The notes under the pieces: generated by a model
What the model was told of the DNA's origin: nothing
Databases searched by the model: none
What the model saw: only the letters and a program-made list of their open reading frames with translations
Translations under genes and position numbers: made by a program
Shown: positions 47,294 through 56,477 of the stretch, one piece after another
Layout: the number at the start of each line of letters is the position of its first letter
Position numbering within the stretch: position 1 is the first letter of the stretch
NCBI GenBank assembly: GCA_016932415.1
Contig: JAFGCX010000001.1
Span: 17,934-81,933 of the forward strand
DNA from: Candidatus Krumholzibacteriota bacterium
Lineage (GTDB): Bacteria; Krumholzibacteriota; Krumholzibacteriia; Krumholzibacteriales; Krumholzibacteriaceae
Direction: 5' to 3'
Length of the DNA: 64,000 nucleotides

Positions 47294-48562
47294 TCAGATC
47301 CCAAGGTCCGGGGATATCTCCACTCCTCCGTCTGCTATATCGATATCCTGTATTCTCGTTTCTTTTTTTCCTCCGGCGATCAGGCAGTTGGTGCCTATCC
47401 TTATCCCTGGCGGGATCTCGGTATTCATCCCTACAAGGGTGATACCGAAATCGAGATATCCCGGCTGCATGACGTTGGGAACCGAGCTGTCTCCGAAACC
47501 GATCTGCGCTCCCTTTCCTATGAGGCATGATTCATCGAGGATAGCGTCTTTTACCCTGGCACCGCTTTTTATCACACAATCGTGAAGAATGATCGAATTT
47601 TCCACCGACGCTCCCCGCTCGATAGATACGCGTGGAGAGAGAACGGAGTTTGTTACTGATCCCTTTATGACGCATCCATCGCATATCAGCGATCTCCTTA
47701 CCGAACATTCCTTCGCCATCATTATAGGTGGATCATCATACGGGACAGTCAGCACCGATCCCCTTTCCCCTTCAAGCTTCAATCTTGATCTTTCACTGAG
47801 TAGGGAAAGGCTCGCGTTGTAGTAACTCCTCAACGTACCGATATCGAGCCAGAAGTCTTCGTACCGGAAGGCTGAGACCTCACCGACACTTACAAGCCTG
47901 GGTATTATATGCTTTCCGAAATCGAGATCATCATGATCCTTTTTCATTTCTCTCAGGATCGAAATAAGGTATTCCCGGCTGAAAATATAGATCCCCATCG
48001 AAGCGAGGTTGGATCTTGAGGTTTTCGGTTTTTCCCTGAAACTCGTGACTTTACCCCTCCTGTCCACGGTAGCGATACCGAATTCGACGGTAAGCTCACT
48101 CGGTACTTCTACAACGGCAAGTGACGCGGGACGGCCGCTCTCAACGTGAAAATCAAGAAATTCCCTGTAATCCATATTATATACATGATCACCGGAGAGG
48201 ATAAGGATATACTCTTCGGTCAGTTTTTTCAGGACTGGTATATTCTGATATATCGCGTCGGCAGTACCTTTATACCAGTCGGCTCCTTCAAATCCCAGCC
48301 TTGGATGAAGAATATGCAGTCCGCCGTTCAGCCTGTCGAGGTCCCATGGTTTGCCGATCCCCAGATGCCTGTTCAGAGAGCGCGAGCTGTATTGAGTCAG
48401 GACGTGGACCAGAGATATCTCTGATCTTACGCAATTGGTAAGAGTAAAATCTATTATCCTGTAACGCCCGGCGAATGGCACTGCCGGTTTTGCCCTGTAT
48501 CCGGTCAGGAGGCTTAACCTCGTTCCCGCGCCGCCAGCCAGAATGAATGCTGCCATTCTTCC
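47294..48562 (-). CDS. glgC: glucose-1-phosphate adenylyltransferase (catalytic subunit)
   Basis: FILAGGAGTRLSLLTGYRAKPAVPFAGRYRIIDFTLTNC has an intact GGxGTRL motif and is followed by a C-terminal LbH domain. Its stop abuts the mltD stop with no spacer. Confidence 0.8.
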   Translation of the reverse strand, partial: GRMAAFILAGGAGTRLSLLTGYRAKPAVPFAGRYRIIDFTLTNCVRSEISLVHVLTQYSSRSLNRHLGIGKPWDLDRLNGGLHILHPRLGFEGADWYKGTADAIYQNIPVLKKLTEEYILILSGDHVYNMDYREFLDFHVESGRPASLAVVEVPSELTVEFGIATVDRRGKVTSFREKPKTSRSNLASMGIYIFSREYLISILREMKKDHDDLDFGKHIIPRLVSVGEVSAFRYEDFWLDIGTLRSYYNASLSLLSERSRLKLEGERGSVLTVPYDDPPIMMAKECSVRRSLICDGCVIKGSVTNSVLSPRVSIERGASVENSIILHDCVIKSGARVKDAILDESCLIGKGAQIGFGDSSVPNVMQPGYLDFGITLVGMNTEIPPGIRIGTNCLIAGGKKETRIQDIDIADGGVEISPDLGI

Positions 48563-48564
48563 CA

Positions 48565-49776
48565 TTATCTGATACTCGCTTTCGAGCCTGGCTCTATCAC
48601 CGATCCACCGGGGAGCTCGCATCCCGGACCGATCCTGGTCCCCTTGCCGAGAACGGTTATTCCTCTTGTCCTGATTCCACTGTCATTATCCGAGATATTT
48701 TCAATATCGGATATGTTGCCCTTCAGATCCGGACCGATCCTCACATCCTGCGAGATCCTCACTTCCTTGTCTAATATCGCCTTTTGGATTCTTGATCCGG
48801 ACCCGATCCGTGCGAAGGAGAAAACGATACTGTCTTCCACTACGGCGCCGGGTTCAATTATCGCTCCGGGGAAAAGAACAGATCCGCTCACTTTTCCCCT
48901 TATCACGCATCCTCCTCCGATTATCGAATCTTCGACTGAGGAGCTTTCTGATATCCTGGCTGGTTGAAGGCCCTCTCCCCTCGTGTATACCGGCCATTTC
49001 CTGTCCGTGATGATCGATGAATCTTTCAGTAACCTCAACGATGCCCTGTAATAGCTGGGAATTGAGCCTATATCCTCCCAGTAACCGGAATAGCGGAAAC
49101 CTGCCACGTTATTTTTCGCGATCTCCGGTATGACAATATCAAAGACAATATCGACCCTGCTGCTGTCAAGCATCTCCAGAAGATAATCTGTCTTGAATAC
49201 GTAGATCCCCATCGACGCGAACTGGAAGGTAGATGATCGCGGTTTTTCCCTGAACTCCGTCACCATCCCTTCCTGTGAGATCCGGACCATTCCAAACCTG
49301 CTCCTCTGTACCGCCTTGACCTTGCTGCAGGCTATCGTCACGGGCTTGTCCATGCCGCGGTGGTAATCGATCAGTTCGCTATAGTCCATCGCGTATACCT
49401 GGTCCCCGGAGAGGACAACGGTGTTTTCAGATCCTGAATTTCGTATCAGGTCGATATTCTGATAAAGGGCATCGGCGGTTCCAAGATACCATTTTGATTT
49501 CTCACCCTGGTAGACCGGCTGCAGGATGTAGACGCCGCCAGTTTTTCTGTCAAGGTCCCAAGGTTTACCCATCCTTATATGTTCGATCAGCGATTTTGGG
49601 CTGTATTGCGCGAGGATCGCGATGTCTGTGAGTCCCGCGTGAACGCAGTTGCTCAGGCAAAAATCGATTATCCTGTATTTTCCTCCGAAGGGAACTGCCG
49701 TTTTCGCGCGATGCCTTGTCAGAGCGGAAAGTTCTCTTCCGGTACCTCCCGCAAGGATCATTGTCAGGGTCTTCAA
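48565..49776 (-). CDS. glgD: GlgD-like ADP-glucose pyrophosphorylase subunit (catalytic motif altered)
   Basis: A GlgC paralogue, MILAGGTGRELSALTRHRAKTAVPFGGKYRIIDF, with GGTGREL in place of GGxGTRL. This suggests a regulatory (GlgD-type) subunit. TTG start with GAGGTGG SD. Confidence 0.65.
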   Translation of the reverse strand: MKTLTMILAGGTGRELSALTRHRAKTAVPFGGKYRIIDFCLSNCVHAGLTDIAILAQYSPKSLIEHIRMGKPWDLDRKTGGVYILQPVYQGEKSKWYLGTADALYQNIDLIRNSGSENTVVLSGDQVYAMDYSELIDYHRGMDKPVTIACSKVKAVQRSRFGMVRISQEGMVTEFREKPRSSTFQFASMGIYVFKTDYLLEMLDSSRVDIVFDIVIPEIAKNNVAGFRYSGYWEDIGSIPSYYRASLRLLKDSSIITDRKWPVYTRGEGLQPARISESSSVEDSIIGGGCVIRGKVSGSVLFPGAIIEPGAVVEDSIVFSFARIGSGSRIQKAILDKEVRISQDVRIGPDLKGNISDIENISDNDSGIRTRGITVLGKGTRIGPGCELPGGSVIEPGSKASIR

Positions 49777-49818
49777 AAACCACCTCGTGTTATCACATTA
49801 AACCGGCAGGGATCCTGA

Positions 49819-50862
49819 TCAGTGAGCAATCATAAGCGATACTCGATGAGTCGTATCGAGCCAGTCATGAAGAAGAAGGGCGTAGTCTATCCCCATCGAA
49901 ATATTCCATGGGCCGAAATCATTAAGCAGTACGCCGATTCCCGCTGTAGGCCTTCCCATATCATATCCGCCGCGAAGCGAGACAAGGTCCCTTATCATCA
50001 GTTCTCCCCCAAGATGGAAATCGGCACTTGCCCTGCCGATCCAGAACTGGGATACGCCTTTCATGTTCTCATACCTGAAATCACCATCGACGGAAAACAG
50101 CAGAACGCTTCCCATTCCCTGAAGATGGATCGGATATCCCATTCCGACCTTGAGGGCCGGATATATAAATTCTCTTTTTCCCGTACTCCAGCTTATATAA
50201 GTCCCTGTCGCGTCCTGTAATTTTGCTCCCACCGAAAGGTTTCTCCACAGATCCCTCTTGATGATCCCCAGATCGACCCCTATACCAAAACTCGAGACAC
50301 CGGTGACCTGGTCGTTTCTGATGATCTTTACCGAACCTCCAATATCGCCGAAACTCATCTTCTGTCCATAAGAGAGAAAGAAAGCGAAATCATTGACGCT
50401 TTCCAGGGGAAAATCGGCATAGTTGCGAGTCAGGTTTTCGCCAAGCCATGGTTCGAAACGATCGTCTCCGTCAGAGTTCCCTATCATCCCCTCGATCGGA
50501 ATGATCCTGATATCATCGATCCCCATGTGGATCACGCTCACACCCCAGGAAGATTCGCCTGCCTTTAAAGGAAAGACTGCTGAAAAAAAGTTATAATCGA
50601 TTATGCTTCCGAATCTTTCCGAATGCATGAATGACATCGTGTAGTCGTTCGGCGTCATCATAAGGGAACTGAATCCGGCTATACCCGCTGGATTCCAGAA
50701 AACCGCCGTTGCGTCATCAGCTATCGAGGTAAAAGCTCCACCCATCGCCATTGCCCTTGCCCCTCCCCCAAGAGCCATGAATTCTCCGGCATACTTGTCC
50801 GCCCTGGCTCCGGCTGAAAATACAAAAAGCAACGCGCATGCGATCACTGTTGTCCTTTTCAT
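49819..50862 (-). CDS. FadL/TodX-family-like outer-membrane β-barrel channel (short form)
   Basis: Signal peptide MKRTTVIACALLFVFSAGARA. The N-terminal motif AGEFMALGGGARAMAMGGAFTSIADDATAVFWNPAGIA resembles the FadL/Toluene_X hatch region. Alternating β-strand pattern and a C-terminal aromatic residue. Confidence 0.55.
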   Translation of the reverse strand: MKRTTVIACALLFVFSAGARADKYAGEFMALGGGARAMAMGGAFTSIADDATAVFWNPAGIAGFSSLMMTPNDYTMSFMHSERFGSIIDYNFFSAVFPLKAGESSWGVSVIHMGIDDIRIIPIEGMIGNSDGDDRFEPWLGENLTRNYADFPLESVNDFAFFLSYGQKMSFGDIGGSVKIIRNDQVTGVSSFGIGVDLGIIKRDLWRNLSVGAKLQDATGTYISWSTGKREFIYPALKVGMGYPIHLQGMGSVLLFSVDGDFRYENMKGVSQFWIGRASADFHLGGELMIRDLVSLRGGYDMGRPTAGIGVLLNDFGPWNISMGIDYALLLHDWLDTTHRVSLMIAH

Positions 50863-50950
50863 CAATTACTCCGTTTTCCCAGGGGGTTCACGCATCTGAC
50901 GCTTCGAGACAAGTTTGATAAAGCTTTTTTCATATCTTCTTCTACTGTTG

Positions 50951-50979
50951 ATTATAACAGATTTATCCTTGACGGACAA
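50951..50979 (-). promoter_or_regulatory. σ70-type promoter (extended −10) for the FadL-like gene
   Basis: Minus-strand TTGTCC, a 17-nt spacer, then TGtTATAAT (plus attata at 50951–50956 and ggacaa at 50974–50979). Confidence 0.45.
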
Positions 50980-51006
50980 ATGCATTCATCCCATTTGACC
51001 TGAAGA

Positions 51007-52485
51007 TCATCCAAGTCCGTATTCCTTCAATCGGCGATACAGAGTCCTTTCCGAAAGCCCCAGCTGTCTTGCAGTCATCTTCCTGTTGCCGTTATATCGA
51101 ATAAGCGCTTCCCTGATAGCTTCCTTTTCGATCTCGTCGAGATCCTTTCCTTTTTCACTTCCCGCTTCCTCGACTTCATACCAGTTGCGCAGCCTGCCGC
51201 TTACCGAGACCCCATTGTCTTTAAGGATGCCCAGGATCTCCTTTACATCGGTGTGAAGCGAAAGAAGGGAGTTGAGTATGATCTCTCTTTCCATCTCTTC
51301 CCTTGTCCTCTGAACATGGATGGGAAGGTCGGGGAAACTCTGGGCTGGCCTTTTCTCATCAAGCCTTTTTCCAAGGTCAGCGTAGGTGATCATCCCCGTT
51401 CTGCTCAGGACCACCATATTATCCATAATATTGGCAAGTTCACGGATATTACCGGGCCATGTATAATTCTGAAGAAGTTTCACGCACCCCTTTTCCATAC
51501 CCCTTATCTCTTTGCCATGCTTTTTCATCGAGATCTTTATAAAATGCCTCGCCAGAAGGTCGATGTCATCCTGCCTCGCCCTCAATGGAGGGATTGTGAT
51601 CTGCACGACCTTCAACCTGTAATAAAGGTCTTTTCTGAATTCTCCCGATCCCACGTCCGATTCGAGTTCCCTGTTGGTCGCCGCGATCACTCTCAGATCG
51701 GTATTAAGCCTCTCATTTCCGCCGACCCTGTAATATTCTCCCGTCTCCAGCACTCTGAGAAACTTCACCTGCATCCTAAGGCTCATCTCTCCGACTTCGT
51801 CGAGAAACAGAGTCCCCTTGTCTGCCCTTTCGAACAGACCCTGCCTTTTAGCCATCGCTCCCGTAAATGAACCTTTTTCATGACCAAACAGTTCGCTTTC
51901 CAGAAGAGTCTCGGCCATCGCTCCGCAGTTGATCGCTTCGAAGTTCTTTGATCTCCTGTTACTCCTCAGATGAAGAGCCTTCGCGATCAATTCCTTGCCT
52001 GAACCGCTCTCTCCCATTATAAGAACGGAGACTTCAGTCGGAGCAACCTGAAGGACAGTCTCTATTACTTCGTTCAGCGGCCTCGATCTTCCCACCATCC
52101 CTGAACTGCTTTTGATCCTTCTCAAAGCCACCAGGTGCGAAGCTCGCAGCAGGAATTCCTCGGTACTTTCCGGTGGTTGGGATATGTACAGATCGACTCC
52201 TGAATCTATATCGGCCTCGATCTCGTCGATGGTTTTTTCCCTGCCGAAAACGATGACCTCGTAGTTTATGAAATTCTTGTCGAATCTTCTCAGGACGGTA
52301 AGATAATTCTCGTATTTTTCTGAAGAATCAATGGCGAGAATGACCCCGCCTTCGGGTTCCGTAAAATTAAGGGCAGCGGAGAGATCAACGCAGTGTATCA
52401 GTCGCAGTCCCTCCTCGATCGCCAGAGACTGCAGCAATCCCTTTATTTCCTCATTGTCTACAAGCGTCCAGATTTCCGGGTTCAT
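51007..52485 (-). CDS. σ54-dependent transcriptional activator (EBP) with a degenerate N-terminal receiver-like domain
   Basis: AAA+ σ54-interaction domain (VLIMGESGSGKELIAKALH; ESELFGHEKGSFTGA; arginine fingers). C-terminal Fis-type HTH. The N-terminal ~120 aa are receiver-like but lack the conserved Thr/Lys. Start at ATG MNPEI with GGTGATGG SD. Confidence 0.8.
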   Translation of the reverse strand: MNPEIWTLVDNEEIKGLLQSLAIEEGLRLIHCVDLSAALNFTEPEGGVILAIDSSEKYENYLTVLRRFDKNFINYEVIVFGREKTIDEIEADIDSGVDLYISQPPESTEEFLLRASHLVALRRIKSSSGMVGRSRPLNEVIETVLQVAPTEVSVLIMGESGSGKELIAKALHLRSNRRSKNFEAINCGAMAETLLESELFGHEKGSFTGAMAKRQGLFERADKGTLFLDEVGEMSLRMQVKFLRVLETGEYYRVGGNERLNTDLRVIAATNRELESDVGSGEFRKDLYYRLKVVQITIPPLRARQDDIDLLARHFIKISMKKHGKEIRGMEKGCVKLLQNYTWPGNIRELANIMDNMVVLSRTGMITYADLGKRLDEKRPAQSFPDLPIHVQRTREEMEREIILNSLLSLHTDVKEILGILKDNGVSVSGRLRNWYEVEEAGSEKGKDLDEIEKEAIREALIRYNGNRKMTARQLGLSERTLYRRLKEYGLG

Positions 52486-52503
52486 AACCATCACCTGTAC
52501 AGC

Positions 52504-52533
52504 AATTTACACCTCTGCATATCAACTTGTCAA
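52504..52533 (-). promoter_or_regulatory. σ70-type promoter for EBP1
   Basis: Minus-strand TTGACA, an 18-nt spacer, then TAAATT. Confidence 0.35.
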
Positions 52534-52594
52534 CATACGATTATCCCGTAATGCCAAGCTTTTTTCATTTATTCCGGAAAATATCGAGCGGATA

Positions 52595-52966
52595 TCACGT
52601 CTGGCAGTTATTCGCGCCGCTACCTGCCACGAATTCCAGTACATCGTCGATCTGGAAAGGTTTGATCAGGCATCTCAACGCGCCGGCATTTATACCTTCA
52701 TCGATCCTCTCCTCGCAACAGGCTCCCGTCATGAGGATATATCTGGCGTCAGGAACGATCTCCATAAGGCTGGTCATCGTTTCTACGCCATCAATGCCGG
52801 GAAGGCATATATCGATAAAGGCGATATCAAAACTGTTTTTTCTTGCAAGGTCAATGGCATCCTCTCCCCTGAGAGCGGAAAAAACCCTGCATCTGTTAAG
52901 TTCCAGCAGATCAGTCATGAATTCAGTAATTTCGGATTCATCGTCTACAACGAGGACATCTATCAA
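52595..52966 (-). CDS. single-domain response regulator (CheY-like receiver)
   Basis: Conserved DD (VLVVDDE), phospho-acceptor D (FIDICLP), T (LMTGA) and K (LIKPF). The TTG start overlaps the TGA of the upstream sigma gene (TTGA). Confidence 0.8.
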   Translation of the reverse strand: MIDVLVVDDESEITEFMTDLLELNRCRVFSALRGEDAIDLARKNSFDIAFIDICLPGIDGVETMTSLMEIVPDARYILMTGACCEERIDEGINAGALRCLIKPFQIDDVLEFVAGSGANNCQT

Positions 52967-53850
52967 CTACCGACCCCCATTTTTTTCAGCTTTGCCACCG
53001 GAATCTTCCGCGGCACCTCATCGCGGGAAACAGCTCGATTGTTGGCCACCTGGGCAGGTACTCCGTTCATCAGCCTGCTGATCCTTCCCTTGAGCCTGAG
53101 CATCGCTTTCGTGTGGATCTGACATATCCTCGATTCGGATACTTCGAGCACCCTGCCGATCTCCTTCAGAGTCAATTCCTCATAGTAATAAAGAGTAAGG
53201 ACTATCCGTTCCTTCTCGGGAAGCTGATCGAGAGTCTCCCTTACGATACCGAACAGTTCCTTTTCCTCGAGTCTCTCGTATGGATTTATCGCGTTGGCGT
53301 GAGGTAAGGTGCTTTTCACTACAGAATAGAGGCCTTCGTGATTCGAAGCTATTCCCTGATCAAGACTGATGAGACAGGTAAGCGAGACATCATCGAGCAT
53401 CTTGTAATATTCATCCATTGATATCTTCAGATATCCGGCGACGTCGGTATCGCTCGCCGTTCTTCCGAGTTTCATCTCCAGATCGGCAAGGACCGTCTCA
53501 AGCAATTTCGCCTTGTGCCTTATCGACCTTGGAAACCAGTCCTGCGCCCTCAGTTCATCAAGCATCGCTCCTCTTATCCTGGGAATAGCGTATGTCTCGA
53601 ACTTGACGCACCTTTCCGTATCGAATTTTTCAACCGCCTGGATCAATCCGAGCAGCCCCGCCGAAAAAAGATCGTCGATCTCGATATAGTTCGGAAGGCT
53701 TACCGAGACCCTGCCGACGGCGTATTTGACAAGGTGGAGATACTCTATTATCAGAGTCTCTCTCGCTTTCTCGCTTTTATTGTCCCTGTAGGTCTCCCAG
53801 AGCTCTGAGCGATCTACACTTTTATCTTTCTTTGCCGTATTCAATTTCAT
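52963..53850 (-). CDS. fliA: FliA/SigD (σ28)-family RNA polymerase sigma factor
   Basis: Regions 2, 3 and 4 are present. Similarity to B. subtilis SigD/E. coli FliA was judged by eye over roughly 100 aa (…LW.TY…LVKYAVGRVSVSLP…FDTERCVKFETYAIPRIRGAMLDELR…LTLKEIGRVLEVSESRICQIHTKAMLRL). Start is set at ATG MKLNTAKKDK. The longer GTG-initiated form would contain the predicted σ54 promoter. Confidence 0.8.
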   Translation of the reverse strand: MKLNTAKKDKSVDRSELWETYRDNKSEKARETLIIEYLHLVKYAVGRVSVSLPNYIEIDDLFSAGLLGLIQAVEKFDTERCVKFETYAIPRIRGAMLDELRAQDWFPRSIRHKAKLLETVLADLEMKLGRTASDTDVAGYLKISMDEYYKMLDDVSLTCLISLDQGIASNHEGLYSVVKSTLPHANAINPYERLEEKELFGIVRETLDQLPEKERIVLTLYYYEELTLKEIGRVLEVSESRICQIHTKAMLRLKGRISRLMNGVPAQVANNRAVSRDEVPRKIPVAKLKKMGVGS

Positions 53851-53863
53851 ACTTGTGCCCGTT

Positions 53864-53879
53864 TGCATGATCCATGCCA
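53864..53879 (-). promoter_or_regulatory. predicted σ54 (−24/−12) promoter for the fliA-like gene
   Basis: Minus-strand TGGCATG-GATC-ATGCA. The GG and GC dinucleotides are exactly 10 nt apart (consensus TGGCACG-N4-TTGCA). The predicted TSS falls about 3 nt before the MKLN ATG. Confidence 0.45.
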
Positions 53880-53980
53880 CAGATAGCCATTCATAACACG
53901 TTACACCGCAACATATTAAGCCGTCGTTTCTGGATGTGTCCCGATTTAATTCGGATCATCAGGAAAATAATTCCCCGTGA

Positions 53981-55354
53981 CTAAACTGAAATTGCAGTCT
54001 CAAATGAATCCTCTTCCTTGTACAATTTCAGTTTATTCCTAAGGGTTCTGACACTGATTCCGAGTTCCATAGCCGCTCTTGTCCTGTTGCTGCTGAATTT
54101 TTTCAATCTTTCCTCTATCATTAGACGTTCAGCTGCGGCAATCGTGCAGCTTTTCAGTATCGCCTCGACTTTTGAAGTCTCGATAGAGTTGCTGTTGTTG
54201 AACATGAATGAGTCCTCATTGATCATATCTTCCTGACATAGTATGACTGCTCTTTCGATCCAGTTCTCAAGTTCGCGGATATTTCCCCGCCATGGACAAT
54301 TCTCAAGCTTCTTGAGAGCTCCCTTGCTCATTTTTTTAATTTCCTTGTCGTTTTCCGCGCAATATATCCGGATGAAATGTTCAGCAAGAAGAGCTATGTC
54401 ATCTCTTCGTTCGCGCAAGGGGGGAACTTCGATATTCACCACGTTCAGCCTGTAATAAAGATCTTCCCGGAACCTTTTCTCCCTTATCTCGGTCAGCAGG
54501 TTTTTATTTGTCGTGGAGATGATCCTCACGTTTACAGGTATCGACTGCTTCCCGCCTACCCTGTCGATCTCTCTTTCCTGGAGGACTCGCAAAAGTTTCG
54601 CCTGGATATGTGGCGGGATTTCCCCGATCTCATCGAGAAGCAGCGTTCCTGTGTCTGCCTGTTCGAACTTTCCCGGATGCACCTTATGCGCCGATGTAAA
54701 TGAGCCTTTTTCATGTCCGAACAGTTCGCTTTCGAGAGTACCTTCCGGAATGGCGGCGCAATTTATCTTTACAAAAGGTTTGTCCTTACGGCCGCTCATC
54801 GAATGGATCCTTCGCGCGACCAGTTCCTTACCCGTCCCGTTTTCTCCCGTTATCAACACTGTCGCTCTTGTATCGGCTATCATGTCGACCGTGTCGAGTA
54901 TCTTTTCGAGTTTCTCCGATTTCCCGATTATCCCACCGCCGGAGGGTTTATTGTCGAGTTTCCTCTTGAGATCCCTGTTTTCCGTTCTCATTGAAGAAAA
55001 ATTGAAGGCGTTCTTGATCTTTATGTTCAGTTCGTCGATGGTGAACGGTTTCTGAATATAATCATACGCTCCGAGCCGTATGGATTCCGTCGCTTCTTCG
55101 ACTGATCCAAACCCCGTCATGATTATCACGATAGTATCAGGGCAGCGGTTCTTGATGATCTTCAGCAATTCGACTCCCTCACCCTTCTCGGGAAGCCTTA
55201 CATCCGAAATTACCAGGTCGTACTCGGTGTTTTCGATCTGCTTCAACGCCGATTTCACGTTCGATACGGCGTCCACCTTGTACTCCGAGAGCACGTCAAT
55301 CAGGAACTCTCGCGTCATGTCCATATCTTCTACCACAAGAATCTTCTTTTCCAT
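53981..55354 (-). CDS. σ54-dependent response regulator (NtrC family)
   Basis: Receiver (ILVVEDMDM…DLVISDVRLP), AAA+ σ54 domain (VLITGENGTGKELVARRIH; ESELFGHEKGSFTSA) and a C-terminal HTH. Confidence 0.85.
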   Translation of the reverse strand: MEKKILVVEDMDMTREFLIDVLSEYKVDAVSNVKSALKQIENTEYDLVISDVRLPEKGEGVELLKIIKNRCPDTIVIIMTGFGSVEEATESIRLGAYDYIQKPFTIDELNIKIKNAFNFSSMRTENRDLKRKLDNKPSGGGIIGKSEKLEKILDTVDMIADTRATVLITGENGTGKELVARRIHSMSGRKDKPFVKINCAAIPEGTLESELFGHEKGSFTSAHKVHPGKFEQADTGTLLLDEIGEIPPHIQAKLLRVLQEREIDRVGGKQSIPVNVRIISTTNKNLLTEIREKRFREDLYYRLNVVNIEVPPLRERRDDIALLAEHFIRIYCAENDKEIKKMSKGALKKLENCPWRGNIRELENWIERAVILCQEDMINEDSFMFNNSNSIETSKVEAILKSCTIAAAERLMIEERLKKFSSNRTRAAMELGISVRTLRNKLKLYKEEDSFETAISV

Positions 55355-55378
55355 TTTCCAAAACCCCCGACTTCCTTG

Positions 55379-56161
55379 TTATTCTGTTATGACTGACTTT
55401 TCTTTTATTCTTACCAGGCTTCCAACACCCTTTTCGGAGCGTACTTCGACGATGGCATTCATTCTCGACGCTACCGCGGCTACAAGATTGAGCCCGCAAC
55501 CGATATGCGACGTCTTGGTGCTGTAAAGTATTTCTCCCGCCTTCATCACTTCACCGCGGTCCATACCGCACCCATCATCCTGAATCTCTATGATCCATCC
55601 ATTATTCCCCGCATTTTCCGGATCCTGCGGCCCGACAAAGACCTTTACTCTTCCAGTCCCATCCATCGATTCGATAGAGTTCCTGAAAATGTGAAGCATC
55701 ATCTTCCTGAAATCATGCCTGTCTCCATCGATCTCCGTTCCCTCGATAATATTGATTTCGAGTTCAGGAGCGATGATGTCGATCCCGAACATCTCAATAG
55801 CGCTCTTCCAGGCGTTCCTGACAAGCAGATTGAGATCAAGTCTTTCAAGTGTGAATTTCTTTGCCATCCGGTATGTCTCGAAAACGCTGAGAAACCCTTC
55901 AAGGCTTCCTATTCCTCTGCTGATATTGCTGATCCACTTTTTTCCCTTTGTGCTTACGTCATCTTCATAGTTCAGGAGTGATGCATACCCCTTGATGCTC
56001 ATACAATGGTTCCTGATCTGATGGATCATCAGCGAAAGAAGCCTGTCAAGATCTTCAAGCTTTCCAGCTCTGGTTATATCGATGCTGTCACCGGGATCTT
56101 TGCTGTGAATGGTAATTTCTGCCATTCCCCCCGTTTGCGCATCCTGACAGCTTAAAGGCAT
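55379..56161 (-). CDS. cytoplasmic sensor histidine kinase (HisKA + HATPase_c)
   Basis: H-box IHQIRNHCMSIKGY and G-boxes GCGMDRG…GCGLNLV. Start is set at ATG MPLSCQ (56159–56161), which has a strong TAAGGAGGGA SD. The longer ORF (to 56233) lacks an SD and would start at the predicted TSS. Confidence 0.7.
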   Translation of the reverse strand: MPLSCQDAQTGGMAEITIHSKDPGDSIDITRAGKLEDLDRLLSLMIHQIRNHCMSIKGYASLLNYEDDVSTKGKKWISNISRGIGSLEGFLSVFETYRMAKKFTLERLDLNLLVRNAWKSAIEMFGIDIIAPELEINIIEGTEIDGDRHDFRKMMLHIFRNSIESMDGTGRVKVFVGPQDPENAGNNGWIIEIQDDGCGMDRGEVMKAGEILYSTKTSHIGCGLNLVAAVASRMNAIVEVRSEKGVGSLVRIKEKSVITE

Positions 56162-56244
56162 GTTGCTTCCCTCCTTACGATTCCAGATCACCGATAAAAA
56201 CATGGAAAGAGGAAATTTTTTCTCTCTTTCCATGAACGGCAGAG

Positions 56245-56260
56245 GGCAATTAATATGCCT
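56245..56260 (-). promoter_or_regulatory. predicted σ54 (−24/−12) promoter for the HK–EBP2 operon
   Basis: Minus-strand AGGCAT-ATTAA-TTGCC with the invariant GG…(10 nt)…GC spacing. The predicted TSS is near 56234, giving a ~73-nt leader to the SD-supported HK start. Confidence 0.45.
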
Positions 56261-56477
56261 TTTCCGGATCTCTCGGACTGCTGGCAGGCAATATTTTCCT
56301 AATTTGATGTCTGATAATTAATTATAGGACTGTTTCCGTAGTGATTTCACCGTGATTTTCCTCAGGGGATGGACTTTTCTGATCGTTGGCATATCCTGCC
56401 GGGACTCAGGATGAAAGAATATCATCCATCTGTCGGTATGGTTTTTATTCAGGATCATCTTCGACGCCGCGGGCATA

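Noticed and set aside
47291-47296. Zero-length convergent junction mltD/glgC and the 4-nt rpsT/proS overlap as possible assembly errors
   Set aside because: Both reading frames are intact and end at proper stops. Compact convergent junctions are consistent with the overall high gene density.
56281-56297. Plus-strand CTGGCAGGCAATATTTT σ54-like motif
   Set aside because: Wrong −24/−12 spacing and wrong orientation for any downstream gene.
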